From a virus (taxonomy: Duplodnaviria > Heunggongvirae > Uroviricota > Caudoviricetes), in IMG/VR virus record IMGVR_UViG_3300000976_000008, positions 335,223 through 399,222 of that record: a stretch of 64,000 bases of DNA; one strand, written 5' to 3'. The translations under genes were made by a program, and so were the position numbers. The notes beneath the pieces are model-generated. The model was given only the letters and a program-made list of their open reading frames with translations. It did not search any database and was not told the DNA's origin. Positions 1 through 8,351 of this stretch are shown here, one piece after another. How positions within the stretch are numbered: position 1 is the stretch's first letter; each line of letters opens with the position of its first letter.

Positions 1-365
1 GAAGAAGAAATTCTTACTTGAGGTGCAGGAACATTACCTGGGAATGCGATTGGCTCAGTCAAAGCCATAACAAATGATTCAGAATCGCTACCGCCAGCAT
101 TTGTGGCCGTAATTGTATAAGTCGTATTTGTTTGGGCAGTTGTTGGTGTGCCACTCAGCACACCAGTTGAAGCATTAAACGTAAGGCCCGCCGGAGCAGC
201 AGGAGCAATGGACCATGAAACAGCAACTCCGCCAGTATTTATTGGCGTAACCGTAAATGCTGCCCCAATAATGCCTTCATAATTCGCAAGAGCACCAAGA
301 ATTGGAGGGGCAACTGAAATCTGTTGTGCATGTGGCATCCTGCCTCTACTCATTCTGGTACGCAT
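1..365 (-). CDS. Partial virion/adhesin protein with putative Ig-like (He_PIG-type) domain; runs off the window start
   Basis: Not in the ORF track. Translated by hand from ATG at 365: MRTRMSRGRMPHAQQISVAPPIL...PAGLTFNASTGVLSGTPTTAQTNTTYTITATNAGGSDS, which fits the P.GL.f...TG.lSGTPT Ig-repeat pattern; the frame is open to the window edge. Confidence 0.75.
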   Translation of the reverse strand, partial: MRTRMSRGRMPHAQQISVAPPILGALANYEGIIGAAFTVTPINTGGVAVSWSIAPAAPAGLTFNASTGVLSGTPTTAQTNTTYTITATNAGGSDSESFVMALTEPIAFPGNVPAPQVRISS

Positions 366-428
366 TTCAGGTCTCTTTCGTCGGAATCTTAACCGTGTGT
401 CCCAAACTCAACTAAGCTCAACTAAGAA

Positions 429-3400
429 TTATACTTCTTTAATCACAGAAGCCATCCAAGCAGTGCTAGTAACACGAGAAACAGAAACCAAAGTGGTCTT
501 ACCAGCAGTAGTCTCAACATCGACAGAACCAGTAGCATCAACATCAGTCGAAGCAAGGAATGTGATGCCAGCAATATCAAGTGTTCGCCCACCAGTCCCA
601 TCTTGGACGAAAGCAATCAGAAAACCTGAAACTTCGTCCTCAGTACCAGCCGTACGATCGGTGTCATCAATTGTAACTGTCACGTTACCCGTGGCAGCAG
701 GAAGTTCAAGGCGGCGACCATCTTTCAACGCGAAAGTAACAGCAGCAGCATGAGCACCTTCAACTTGTGCTGGTGGGTCAGTCAAGTGCTCACTAGCCCA
801 AGTACCATCACCCTTGAACAATTTGTTATTGTCCGTTGCCGCAGGTGCTGGAACAGTACCTTGAGTACCGGCAGTTGTTCCATCAGCACCAGTCATCACA
901 GCACTGGCTGAAGTAAGCAGTTGAAGTGTTCCTTGAACATCTCCAGCAGCCAAACCTGAACCAGCGTGAGCATCAACCGTGACGAATGTTGCAGCAACCG
1001 TTCCAAACTCAATCGTGTCCGCCGCAGCATTCATTCGTGCTGGCTGACCAGCAGTACCGAGTGCTCCACCATCGCTCAATCCAGCAAACGCTGTGACAAG
1101 AGTAGGTTTATTCGCAATGAAGGAATCAGCAGTGTTAGTTGCTTCATTCCAATCTGCTTGGACATTGACTTCAGCCCCAGCAGCAATTCCAGCCAGCTTC
1201 GTTGAATCAGCAGTCGGATAGTCGTTCTTAGCCGTGTTAGCTACGATAGCTGCTGACTCAGCAGCAGTAATTGTAGTGGGCTTATTGAGAATGAAGGAGT
1301 CAGCAGTGTTAGTTGCTTCATTCCAATCTGCTTGGACGTTAACTTCAGCCCCAGTTGCGATACCGGCAAGTTTAGTTTGCTCGGCAGTCGTGTAAGATTC
1401 GCCAGATAGTGAGAATGTTAGTGTTCCAGCAGTGTCATCATAAACAACATTGATTCCACCACCAGCCACAGAAACAAGGCTGTCAACAATGTCTTCAACC
1501 TGCTCCTGATTCAAACCACCGCCACCACCAGAAGCAGCAAGATCAATAGTTCCGCCAGCATCATTATAAGTCACGGTTAAGTTGGTGTGAGTACCACCCT
1601 GAAGCATCGCAGCGACAGCATCTTGGAGTTCTTCAAGAGTTCGAATATCACCAGGAACAATTCCTGCCAGCTTCGTCTGTTCAGCAGTCGTGTAATCCTC
1701 AGTTGAAAGACCCTTACCAGCGACTGTGTCGACCTTATTACCAAGATCAGTAGAGAAAGTTTGGAGGACTGTTTGGAGATCTCCAGCAGTCAAACCAGAA
1801 GGAACATCGGCATCAACCGTAGTGAATGTTGCAGCAACCGTACCAAATTCAATTGTATCAGCTGCGGCATTCATTCGTGCTGGTTGGCCAGCAGTACCGA
1901 GTGCTCCGCCATCACTCAACCCAGCAAATGCTGTGACGAGAGTAGGTTTATTCGCAATGAAGGAATCAGCGGTGTTAGTCGCTTCGTTCCAATCTGCTTG
2001 AATGTTAACTTCAGCTCCAGCAGCAATTCCAGCCAGCTTCGTTGAGTCAGCAGTTGGATAATCATTCTTCGCTGTATTCGCTACGATAGCTGCTGACTCG
2101 GCAGCAGTAATTGTAGTCGGTTTATTCGCAATGAAAGAATCAACAGTGTTATTCGCTTCGTTCCAATCTGCTTGGACGTTAACTTCAGCCCCAGCAGCAA
2201 TCCCAGCCAATTTAGCTGAATCTGCTATAGGATAATCATTCTTCGCTGTATTCGCTACAATAGCTGCTGACTCGGCAGCAGTAATTGTAGTCGGTTTGTT
2301 AACGATGAAAGAATCAGCGGTGTTAGTCGCTTCGTTCCAATCTGCTTGGACGTTGACTTCAGCCCCAGCAGCAATCCCAGCCAGTTTAGTTTGCTCGGCA
2401 GTCGTATAAGATTCGCCGGACAGAGCGATTGTGAGAGTTCCACCGGCGTCATCGTATGTGGCAGTGATTCCGCTACCGGCAACGTTCAATGCACCAACGA
2501 TATCTTCAACTTGTTCTTGATCAAGTCCACCACTTCCAGTAGAAGCGAGATCAATAGTTCCAGTTGCGTCATTATAAGTGACTGTTACATTGGTGTGAGT
2601 TCCGGCTTGAAGCATTGCTGCGACAGCGTCTTGGAATTCTTCAAGAGTTCGAATATCAGTCGGGACAATACCAGCGAGTTTCGTTTGTTCCGCAGTTGTA
2701 TAATCCTCAGTTGAAAGGCCCTTACCAGCAACCGTGTCAACTTTACCATCTAGAGCAGTTTGTTGTGCGGTGCTTACCGGCTTATCAGCATCTGAAGTAT
2801 TATTGGCGTTGCCTAAACCAACTTGTGTCGCTGTGACGCCATGTGGATTAGTGGTATCATTCGAATGAGTTGATAATGTTTGTAATGAAGTTTGAAGGTC
2901 GCCAGCAGCGAGACCAGAAGCAACGTCAGCAAGAACTGTTGTAAATGCTGCTTCAATGATTCCAAATTCAATTGCATTACCAGCGGCATTCATTCTCGCT
3001 GGTTGGCCAGCAGTTCCGAGGGCAGTGCCGTCACTCAAATCAGAGAATGATGTTACCAACGTCGGTTTATTGGCAATATATGCGTCAGATGTTATATTCG
3101 CTTCAGTCCAGTCAGCTTGGACGTTGACTTCAGCCCCAGCAGCAATACCAGTCAGTTTGGCAGCATCTGCAGTTGGGTAGCTATTCTTCGCCGTGTTAGC
3201 AACAATAGCACTTTGATCAGTTGCTGTGAAGGAAATACCAGAGAGAGAGAACGTAAGTGTTCCCGCTAAGTCGTCATATGTGACATTAATGCCGCCACCA
3301 GCAACACTAACGAGTGCCCCGACGACATCTTCCGTTTCTTCTTGTGTCAAGCCACCACCAATAGAAGTGGCAGTAAGATCGATTGAATTAGTAGCGTCAT

Positions 3401-4505
3401 TATAAACGACTGTCATGTCAGTGTGAGTTCCAGCTTGGAACAATGCACCAACAACGTCTTGGATTTCTTCAATTGTTCGTTGAGTTTTCCAATCAGTGTT
3501 ACCAAGTTCTGTGTCGATTAGAGCAACGATTTCAGTTGAAGTCTGATCAGCTGTAGCACCGAGTTCAATTGCGGCGAGCTTAGCAGCATCAGCAGCAGGA
3601 TATGCAGCTTTAGCAGTGTTTGTCGCAACACTTGTACTCACAGTAGAGAGCACAGTTTGAAGATTTCCAGCAGGAAGATTTGCTGGTGCATCGGCCATCA
3701 CTTGGATATAAGTTGCATCAACTGAACCGAATTCTACTGTATCTGCAGCAGCATTCATTCGAGCTGGTTGGCCTGCCACTCCAAGAGCACCAGTATCATC
3801 AAGATCAGCGAAGGTTGATGAAACAAATGCCCAAGTACCGTCACCCTTGAAGAATTTGTCTTCGTCACCAGCCGCAGGTGCTGTTACAGCACCTTGAGTT
3901 CCAGGAATTGTTGCGGTAGCTCCTGTCATCACAGGAGCTGCAGAATTAAGGGTAGTTTGGAAGTTTTGGATTGTTGTTTGAAGATCACCAGCAGGAAGGC
4001 CAGATCCAGCATCAGCAGCAACTTGGATAAATCCTGCTGGAAGATCTGAAAGTTCTCCAGGATTACCAGAAGCATCGTATCCAACTACTGAACCGGGAGC
4101 ACCAGTTTCAAGTTTGGTGAGTCCAACACCATTATCTTGAAGATCAAGAGGAGTATTACCTCCATCCCCAGCAAAAACACTTGCTACAGTGTTAAGAGGT
4201 GGCAGAGGTGGAAGATGAACTATCTTCTCATCATTGAGAATTAGCAAATTTGCACCGATCACGTATGTCGAACCAATGCAATCAGTGCCTGGTGAGACTG
4301 CAGTGACCAGTCTAGCAAATCGATTATCAAAATTGTTCGCAGGAATTGCTGTGTTTGCAGAACTTCCGCTATTACCACGGAAGACATTCGTCCGTCGTTC
4401 TTGAGTTAGTTCATAGACGAGATCGCCATATTTGAGTTCGAGTTCATCTGCGGTAAGCCCAGACCGTTGATCTCGACCAATAGCATTACGAATATGATCA
4501 TTCAT
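429..4505 (-). CDS. Long tail fibre / fibre-shaft protein with internal repeats (1358 aa)
   Basis: A/T/G/D-rich. GKGLSTEDYTTAEQTKLAGI x2, GIAAGAEVNVQADWNEA-type x6 and GQPARMNAA x4 repeats; C-terminal beta domain with QDGTGGRTL. These motifs are typical of phage fibres. Confidence 0.8.
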   Translation of the reverse strand: MNDHIRNAIGRDQRSGLTADELELKYGDLVYELTQERRTNVFRGNSGSSANTAIPANNFDNRFARLVTAVSPGTDCIGSTYVIGANLLILNDEKIVHLPPLPPLNTVASVFAGDGGNTPLDLQDNGVGLTKLETGAPGSVVGYDASGNPGELSDLPAGFIQVAADAGSGLPAGDLQTTIQNFQTTLNSAAPVMTGATATIPGTQGAVTAPAAGDEDKFFKGDGTWAFVSSTFADLDDTGALGVAGQPARMNAAADTVEFGSVDATYIQVMADAPANLPAGNLQTVLSTVSTSVATNTAKAAYPAADAAKLAAIELGATADQTSTEIVALIDTELGNTDWKTQRTIEEIQDVVGALFQAGTHTDMTVVYNDATNSIDLTATSIGGGLTQEETEDVVGALVSVAGGGINVTYDDLAGTLTFSLSGISFTATDQSAIVANTAKNSYPTADAAKLTGIAAGAEVNVQADWTEANITSDAYIANKPTLVTSFSDLSDGTALGTAGQPARMNAAGNAIEFGIIEAAFTTVLADVASGLAAGDLQTSLQTLSTHSNDTTNPHGVTATQVGLGNANNTSDADKPVSTAQQTALDGKVDTVAGKGLSTEDYTTAEQTKLAGIVPTDIRTLEEFQDAVAAMLQAGTHTNVTVTYNDATGTIDLASTGSGGLDQEQVEDIVGALNVAGSGITATYDDAGGTLTIALSGESYTTAEQTKLAGIAAGAEVNVQADWNEATNTADSFIVNKPTTITAAESAAIVANTAKNDYPIADSAKLAGIAAGAEVNVQADWNEANNTVDSFIANKPTTITAAESAAIVANTAKNDYPTADSTKLAGIAAGAEVNIQADWNEATNTADSFIANKPTLVTAFAGLSDGGALGTAGQPARMNAAADTIEFGTVAATFTTVDADVPSGLTAGDLQTVLQTFSTDLGNKVDTVAGKGLSTEDYTTAEQTKLAGIVPGDIRTLEELQDAVAAMLQGGTHTNLTVTYNDAGGTIDLAASGGGGGLNQEQVEDIVDSLVSVAGGGINVVYDDTAGTLTFSLSGESYTTAEQTKLAGIATGAEVNVQADWNEATNTADSFILNKPTTITAAESAAIVANTAKNDYPTADSTKLAGIAAGAEVNVQADWNEATNTADSFIANKPTLVTAFAGLSDGGALGTAGQPARMNAAADTIEFGTVAATFVTVDAHAGSGLAAGDVQGTLQLLTSASAVMTGADGTTAGTQGTVPAPAATDNNKLFKGDGTWASEHLTDPPAQVEGAHAAAVTFALKDGRRLELPAATGNVTVTIDDTDRTAGTEDEVSGFLIAFVQDGTGGRTLDIAGITFLASTDVDATGSVDVETTAGKTTLVSVSRVTSTAWMASVIKEV
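820..3930 (-). repeat. Intragenic coding repeats (about 60-aa and ~300-aa units) of the tail fibre
   Basis: Near-identical nucleotide blocks such as ttccaatctgcttggacgttaacttcagcccc at ~1147, 1321, 1987, 2161, 2335 and 3107; differences are mostly synonymous. Confidence 0.9.
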
Positions 4506-4556
4506 TAGACTTAATTCTCAACAAATACCTAGGAATAGGATTTAATCATCATAATC

Positions 4557-4590
4557 TATGTTTGATAAAACAAGATTGCAAACAAATGTA
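4557..4590. promoter_or_regulatory. Back-to-back CAAANNTA motifs (candidate late promoters) for divergent fibre and NUDIX genes
   Basis: CAAACATA on minus (4557-4564) and CAAATGTA on plus (4583-4590), each ~50 nt upstream of its start codon. Confidence 0.6.
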
Positions 4591-4637
4591 AACTATCTGG
4601 TATGTAAAATAAATGCATTCTAATAGTCAGATCTGTT

Positions 4638-5069
4638 ATGGTAAGTTTTGAAAAGCGGTTAGCTGAAATCCTTTTAGAAGAGGTCGAACCAGAATTTGAA
4701 TCCGCCGTTGGAATAGTCCAAATGCGTAACAGATGGCTATTGGGTCTTTCCAAATCACATGGCGACAGAAAGAATAAATGGTGTCACCCTGGGGGTGGCA
4801 TCGATAGAGGTGAGTCACCAAAGAAAGCAGCGGTTAGAGAAGTCTTCGAAGAGACTGGTATTCGCTGTAAAGCAGTAGGTGAACCATTTAGAGACATCAA
4901 GCACAAAGGCGTAGCATTTGTGCATTGTAAAGTAACCAGTCACAGCCAAAAACTTAATCCCAATGAGGAATTTGCTGCAGTCGGTTTCTTCACATTGGCA
5001 GAACTTCGAGTTCTAAAGCCTCTATACAAGAATGTTAAGAAATTAATCGATCAAGCCAAGAAATGCTAG
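4638..5069 (+). CDS. NUDIX hydrolase
   Basis: Nudix box GGGIDRGESPKKAAVREVFEETGI (GX5EX7REUXEEXGU). Confidence 0.95.
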   Translation: MVSFEKRLAEILLEEVEPEFESAVGIVQMRNRWLLGLSKSHGDRKNKWCHPGGGIDRGESPKKAAVREVFEETGIRCKAVGEPFRDIKHKGVAFVHCKVTSHSQKLNPNEEFAAVGFFTLAELRVLKPLYKNVKKLIDQAKKC

Positions 5070-5323
5070 GTAGGGTTTTTACCATTTTCCGATGGTTCCG
5101 ATGGTGGAGCCAGCAATTCTTTAATCATATCATCGATATAACCGCTACCCTTACTGATAATTTCTAAAACAGCTTCAGGATTCTCAATAGTTGGATCAGC
5201 CTCGATATCTTCAGCGTATCGCTTAGTAAGATACCCCAGAATAGTGAACTTAATGACAGGTATGAATACTGGATTGGACTTTAGAACAGCCAATACCGCT
5301 TGTTGTTGCTCAGGTGTTACCAT
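5066..5323 (-). CDS. Hypothetical protein
   Basis: 85-aa ORF whose start overlaps the stop of the upstream gene. Confidence 0.65.
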   Translation of the reverse strand: MVTPEQQQAVLAVLKSNPVFIPVIKFTILGYLTKRYAEDIEADPTIENPEAVLEIISKGSGYIDDMIKELLAPPSEPSENGKNPT

Positions 5324-6498
5324 TATGGTTTCCTCGACATAATCGCTACTGGTTGCACTTTAGAAGTTATTTCGTGATCTTTCACGCTCATAACATAATT
5401 CGCATCCATCGATTCTGGGAACAATGATTGTTCAACTTCCCAACCATCAATAATCGAAGGTGTTTGGTATTGTACATCGACATTGGCAACTTTAGAGATA
5501 TAGATCAATTGAGTTGTCCAGTCAGCCCAAGCAATGTATCCTGGTGAGAATTCGAAGACACCACGCATACCATTTGCTGATGCTCCATAATTCGTGGTGT
5601 CAATGTCGAAAACCATCTCATGATTCGTTGGATTGATGCCAACTATTCGCTTCGCAGAGTTGGATGCTGCCACAATAGTTCCATCTACCATCTGGCAAAG
5701 TCCGTAAGATGAAGCAATTGTAGAAACTCCAATTGGGTGAGTAAAGACTTCTTCTGTCAACCAAGTTGTCATGTTGACTTTAAGAATCTTTCCTCGACCG
5801 TATTCACTGATCCATAAAATATTAGTATCATCTTTATCAATGAAAATTCTCATCGGCCTATAGACGATATTATTTCCAACTCCACTTGTACCAGTCAGGA
5901 ATTCCATCCTGGTAGCAACCAGTGTAGCAATTGGTGTGCTAACATCCCATTCAGAAATGCTACCATGATTTGTAGAGTTTGATCCAAAACCGTTGTAGCT
6001 AGAAACAACAATATTACCGTTTGTCAACCTAATAGCGGAGTGAGGGTTTCTCAAACGACCATCTGCGATATTTCCAGATCCGTTAGGAATACCAATTGTT
6101 GAGATTAATGTTCCTGCGTCGCGATCGTAGATCTTTACACAATGGTGAGCATAAGAAACGGCTAAGAGAAGCTTAGAGCCATCAGTTGTTAACGACATAT
6201 CCTGAAGGTAAGCAGTTCCTTCACCACTACTTGGTGCTTGATACGCAATGTTAGGCGTGAATTCAACTTCTAAAGAACTATTAAGCCTTTGCATTTGAGC
6301 ATAATAGCTGGAAATCCAAAGCTTTCCATCTTCGTCGTACTGTCCACCTGTAACATAATGAAACAAATTTCCATGGATCGACCGACCAATTCTTGGTCCA
6401 ATGAGAGCAACAGTGGCTTCATGACTATTATCAACTGGAGAAATGACTTCCCAGTCTTTAAGTGTGTTCGATTCAACTATCTGAGACAAATTAAACAT
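5323..6498 (-). CDS. NHL-repeat / beta-propeller protein
   Basis: Blade-like repeats: LRNPHSAIRLTNGNIVVSSY, YRPMRIFID..LWISEYGRGKI, SYGLCQMVDGTIVAA. Confidence 0.75.
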   Translation of the reverse strand: MFNLSQIVESNTLKDWEVISPVDNSHEATVALIGPRIGRSIHGNLFHYVTGGQYDEDGKLWISSYYAQMQRLNSSLEVEFTPNIAYQAPSSGEGTAYLQDMSLTTDGSKLLLAVSYAHHCVKIYDRDAGTLISTIGIPNGSGNIADGRLRNPHSAIRLTNGNIVVSSYNGFGSNSTNHGSISEWDVSTPIATLVATRMEFLTGTSGVGNNIVYRPMRIFIDKDDTNILWISEYGRGKILKVNMTTWLTEEVFTHPIGVSTIASSYGLCQMVDGTIVAASNSAKRIVGINPTNHEMVFDIDTTNYGASANGMRGVFEFSPGYIAWADWTTQLIYISKVANVDVQYQTPSIIDGWEVEQSLFPESMDANYVMSVKDHEITSKVQPVAIMSRKP

Positions 6499-6506
6499 AT
6501 TGTTCT

Positions 6507-7019
6507 CTAAATGTCGCTAGGACCAGGTGGGTTTGTTGTCGCAGAAGAAGGAAGGAAATCTACTAAATATTCGTTAGGAGAAGCACTTCCTGTTACTGTA
6601 AACTTTGACAAAGAAACATCTACAACAATAGGCCCAGTCTGTAATGTTCCAGCGATCATAAAATTATCATTAATATCACCAATGGTGATATGATTTATGC
6701 TTGCAGCTCCTAAATCTTCAAAAGACCATTTATATCCGATTCCGTATGTGAGCAATAGATCAAAAGATGAAACAGCACTATCAAGCTGAAAATCACCCGG
6801 CAATAAAGTCTGATTAGTATCAAGCAAGACTATACCAGGGTCACCAACGACCGGTGTCGCAAGATTGCTCTGGACATACGTCGGGTCAGATTCTTGGATC
6901 TTCGTTAGTAATGGATTAACATTGCCTTCAAGAAGATATTCAAAAATCAGTGGTAAATTCTCTAGGCAAAACGATTCAATATCCAGCCCAGCATTTTCAA
7001 CGGCGTTTTTTAGAAGCAT
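6507..7019 (-). CDS. Hypothetical (probable virion) protein
   Basis: 170-aa ORF in a tight minus-strand operon; beta-rich C-terminal half. Confidence 0.7.
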   Translation of the reverse strand: MLLKNAVENAGLDIESFCLENLPLIFEYLLEGNVNPLLTKIQESDPTYVQSNLATPVVGDPGIVLLDTNQTLLPGDFQLDSAVSSFDLLLTYGIGYKWSFEDLGAASINHITIGDINDNFMIAGTLQTGPIVVDVSLSKFTVTGSASPNEYLVDFLPSSATTNPPGPSDI

Positions 7020-7027
7020 TAGTCAAC

Positions 7028-7303
7028 TTACTCTTGTTTCGGGTCTTTTACGTTTCCTTGAATTGGAGCATTGATTTGGCCACCTTGTGAATCGATAACA
7101 ATCCCCGCTCTTTGAGCAGATATCACTAGAGCATTGACATTGTTTTCCATTACGCCAAGGGCACCATCCATTTTGGCAACATCGGTCATCATATCTGATA
7201 ATTTTTCAGCCATCAGTTTCATTTGATTTCGTAATTCAGTAACTTGTGCTTTCAGTGATTCGACATCGCCATGCATATTCCATAATCTATCATCTGCACT
7301 CAC
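7028..7303 (-). CDS. Small coiled-coil protein
   Basis: Heptad pattern VESLKAQVTELRNQMKLMAEKLSDMMTDVAKMDGAL; GGGAG RBS upstream of the GTG start. Confidence 0.7.
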   Translation of the reverse strand: MSADDRLWNMHGDVESLKAQVTELRNQMKLMAEKLSDMMTDVAKMDGALGVMENNVNALVISAQRAGIVIDSQGGQINAPIQGNVKDPKQE

Positions 7304-7324
7304 GCTTTCACTCCCTTGATAATC

Positions 7325-8248
7325 TTAATCGTTTTGAATAAGAGGACGTGCACTACCAATGATAAATCGCTCGTCACCTGAAATTACTTTCTGCAACCGC
7401 AGACTACAATCTTCATTTCGATAGTTGATATCAAGCCATATATTGTCTTCATGTGAATTTACAAAATCAACTATAGCTGTGTTTAATTCTGGAAGAAATT
7501 CTTTAATTGGTCGACCTACAATCGACAGTTCCATTTGACCAAAAGCGTCCGCAGCAGCTAATGACACATACCTAACAAGCAGTTCATGATCTAAGACCAC
7601 CATGATGTCGGGCATTCTGCGGAGAATTTCTTTCAAATGTGCTAATTCTTCTCCACCGTGGATCACCATTGATTCTACGGCGACAATTGACTTCTTATCA
7701 TATGAAACAATGAGACAGATGATAGTCGCTAAACTGAAAAACGCTACAATTCCTTCAGTCACTCTGTACCACCAGTGAGAAACACCAAGTTGAACTTCTT
7801 CGACATCGATTTCAACCATTAAAGCGTGTCTCTCACCTTTCCATTCAACAGGACCATAAGCACTGATTACTTGATACCCACGATAATCATCAATAATTCT
7901 TATGTCACTATTACCAGCTATTGCATTATTATAAGCAACAGTTTGTATTCTTAATTCATCTTTAACAGCGTTTTCCCAAAATCTTGGGTTCACTACAAAT
8001 GTGCCATCTTTCCGAGCCGAATAGATATCTAAAGATGTAAAAATGGTTTGTTCTCGAATAGGCAAAGCATCAGGTCCACCATCAGCATATGCCTCAGCAG
8101 CGGCGAGAAAAATTATCTCACAAAAATTTCCAGCATTGTCTAATGCCGCATTCTCACGATCTATAGATGCCAAATGATCAACGATCAATACAGCAATCAC
8201 ACATAGTATTGGGCAGAGTATTGCTCCAATCGCTGCTAATCTTTTCAT
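7325..8248 (-). CDS. Membrane sensor-like protein: TM - Cache-like domain - TM - PAS domain, no output domain
   Basis: TM1 aa 4-23; DDYRGYQVISAYGPVEWKGERHALMVEIDVEE resembles the C-terminal dCache motif of chemoreceptors and kinases; TM2 ~aa 165-182; PAS-like ILRRMPDIMVVLDHELLVRYVSLAAADAFG...IVGRPIKEFLP. Confidence 0.8.
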   Translation of the reverse strand: MKRLAAIGAILCPILCVIAVLIVDHLASIDRENAALDNAGNFCEIIFLAAAEAYADGGPDALPIREQTIFTSLDIYSARKDGTFVVNPRFWENAVKDELRIQTVAYNNAIAGNSDIRIIDDYRGYQVISAYGPVEWKGERHALMVEIDVEEVQLGVSHWWYRVTEGIVAFFSLATIICLIVSYDKKSIVAVESMVIHGGEELAHLKEILRRMPDIMVVLDHELLVRYVSLAAADAFGQMELSIVGRPIKEFLPELNTAIVDFVNSHEDNIWLDINYRNEDCSLRLQKVISGDERFIIGSARPLIQND

Positions 8249-8351
8249 ATGTCTAGAATTATCTTAATCACAAAATTAATTGGTGCAGGTCAAGCATCTG
8301 ATGTAGCGGCGGGTGGATCTGCTCAAGGTGACGGAAACTTGCTTAATATTT

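Noticed and set aside
820-3930. Repeats as a CRISPR array or a diversity-generating retroelement TR/VR pair
   Set aside because: They are in-frame coding repeats with mostly synonymous, non-adenine-specific differences; no unique spacers, and no cas or reverse transcriptase gene in the window
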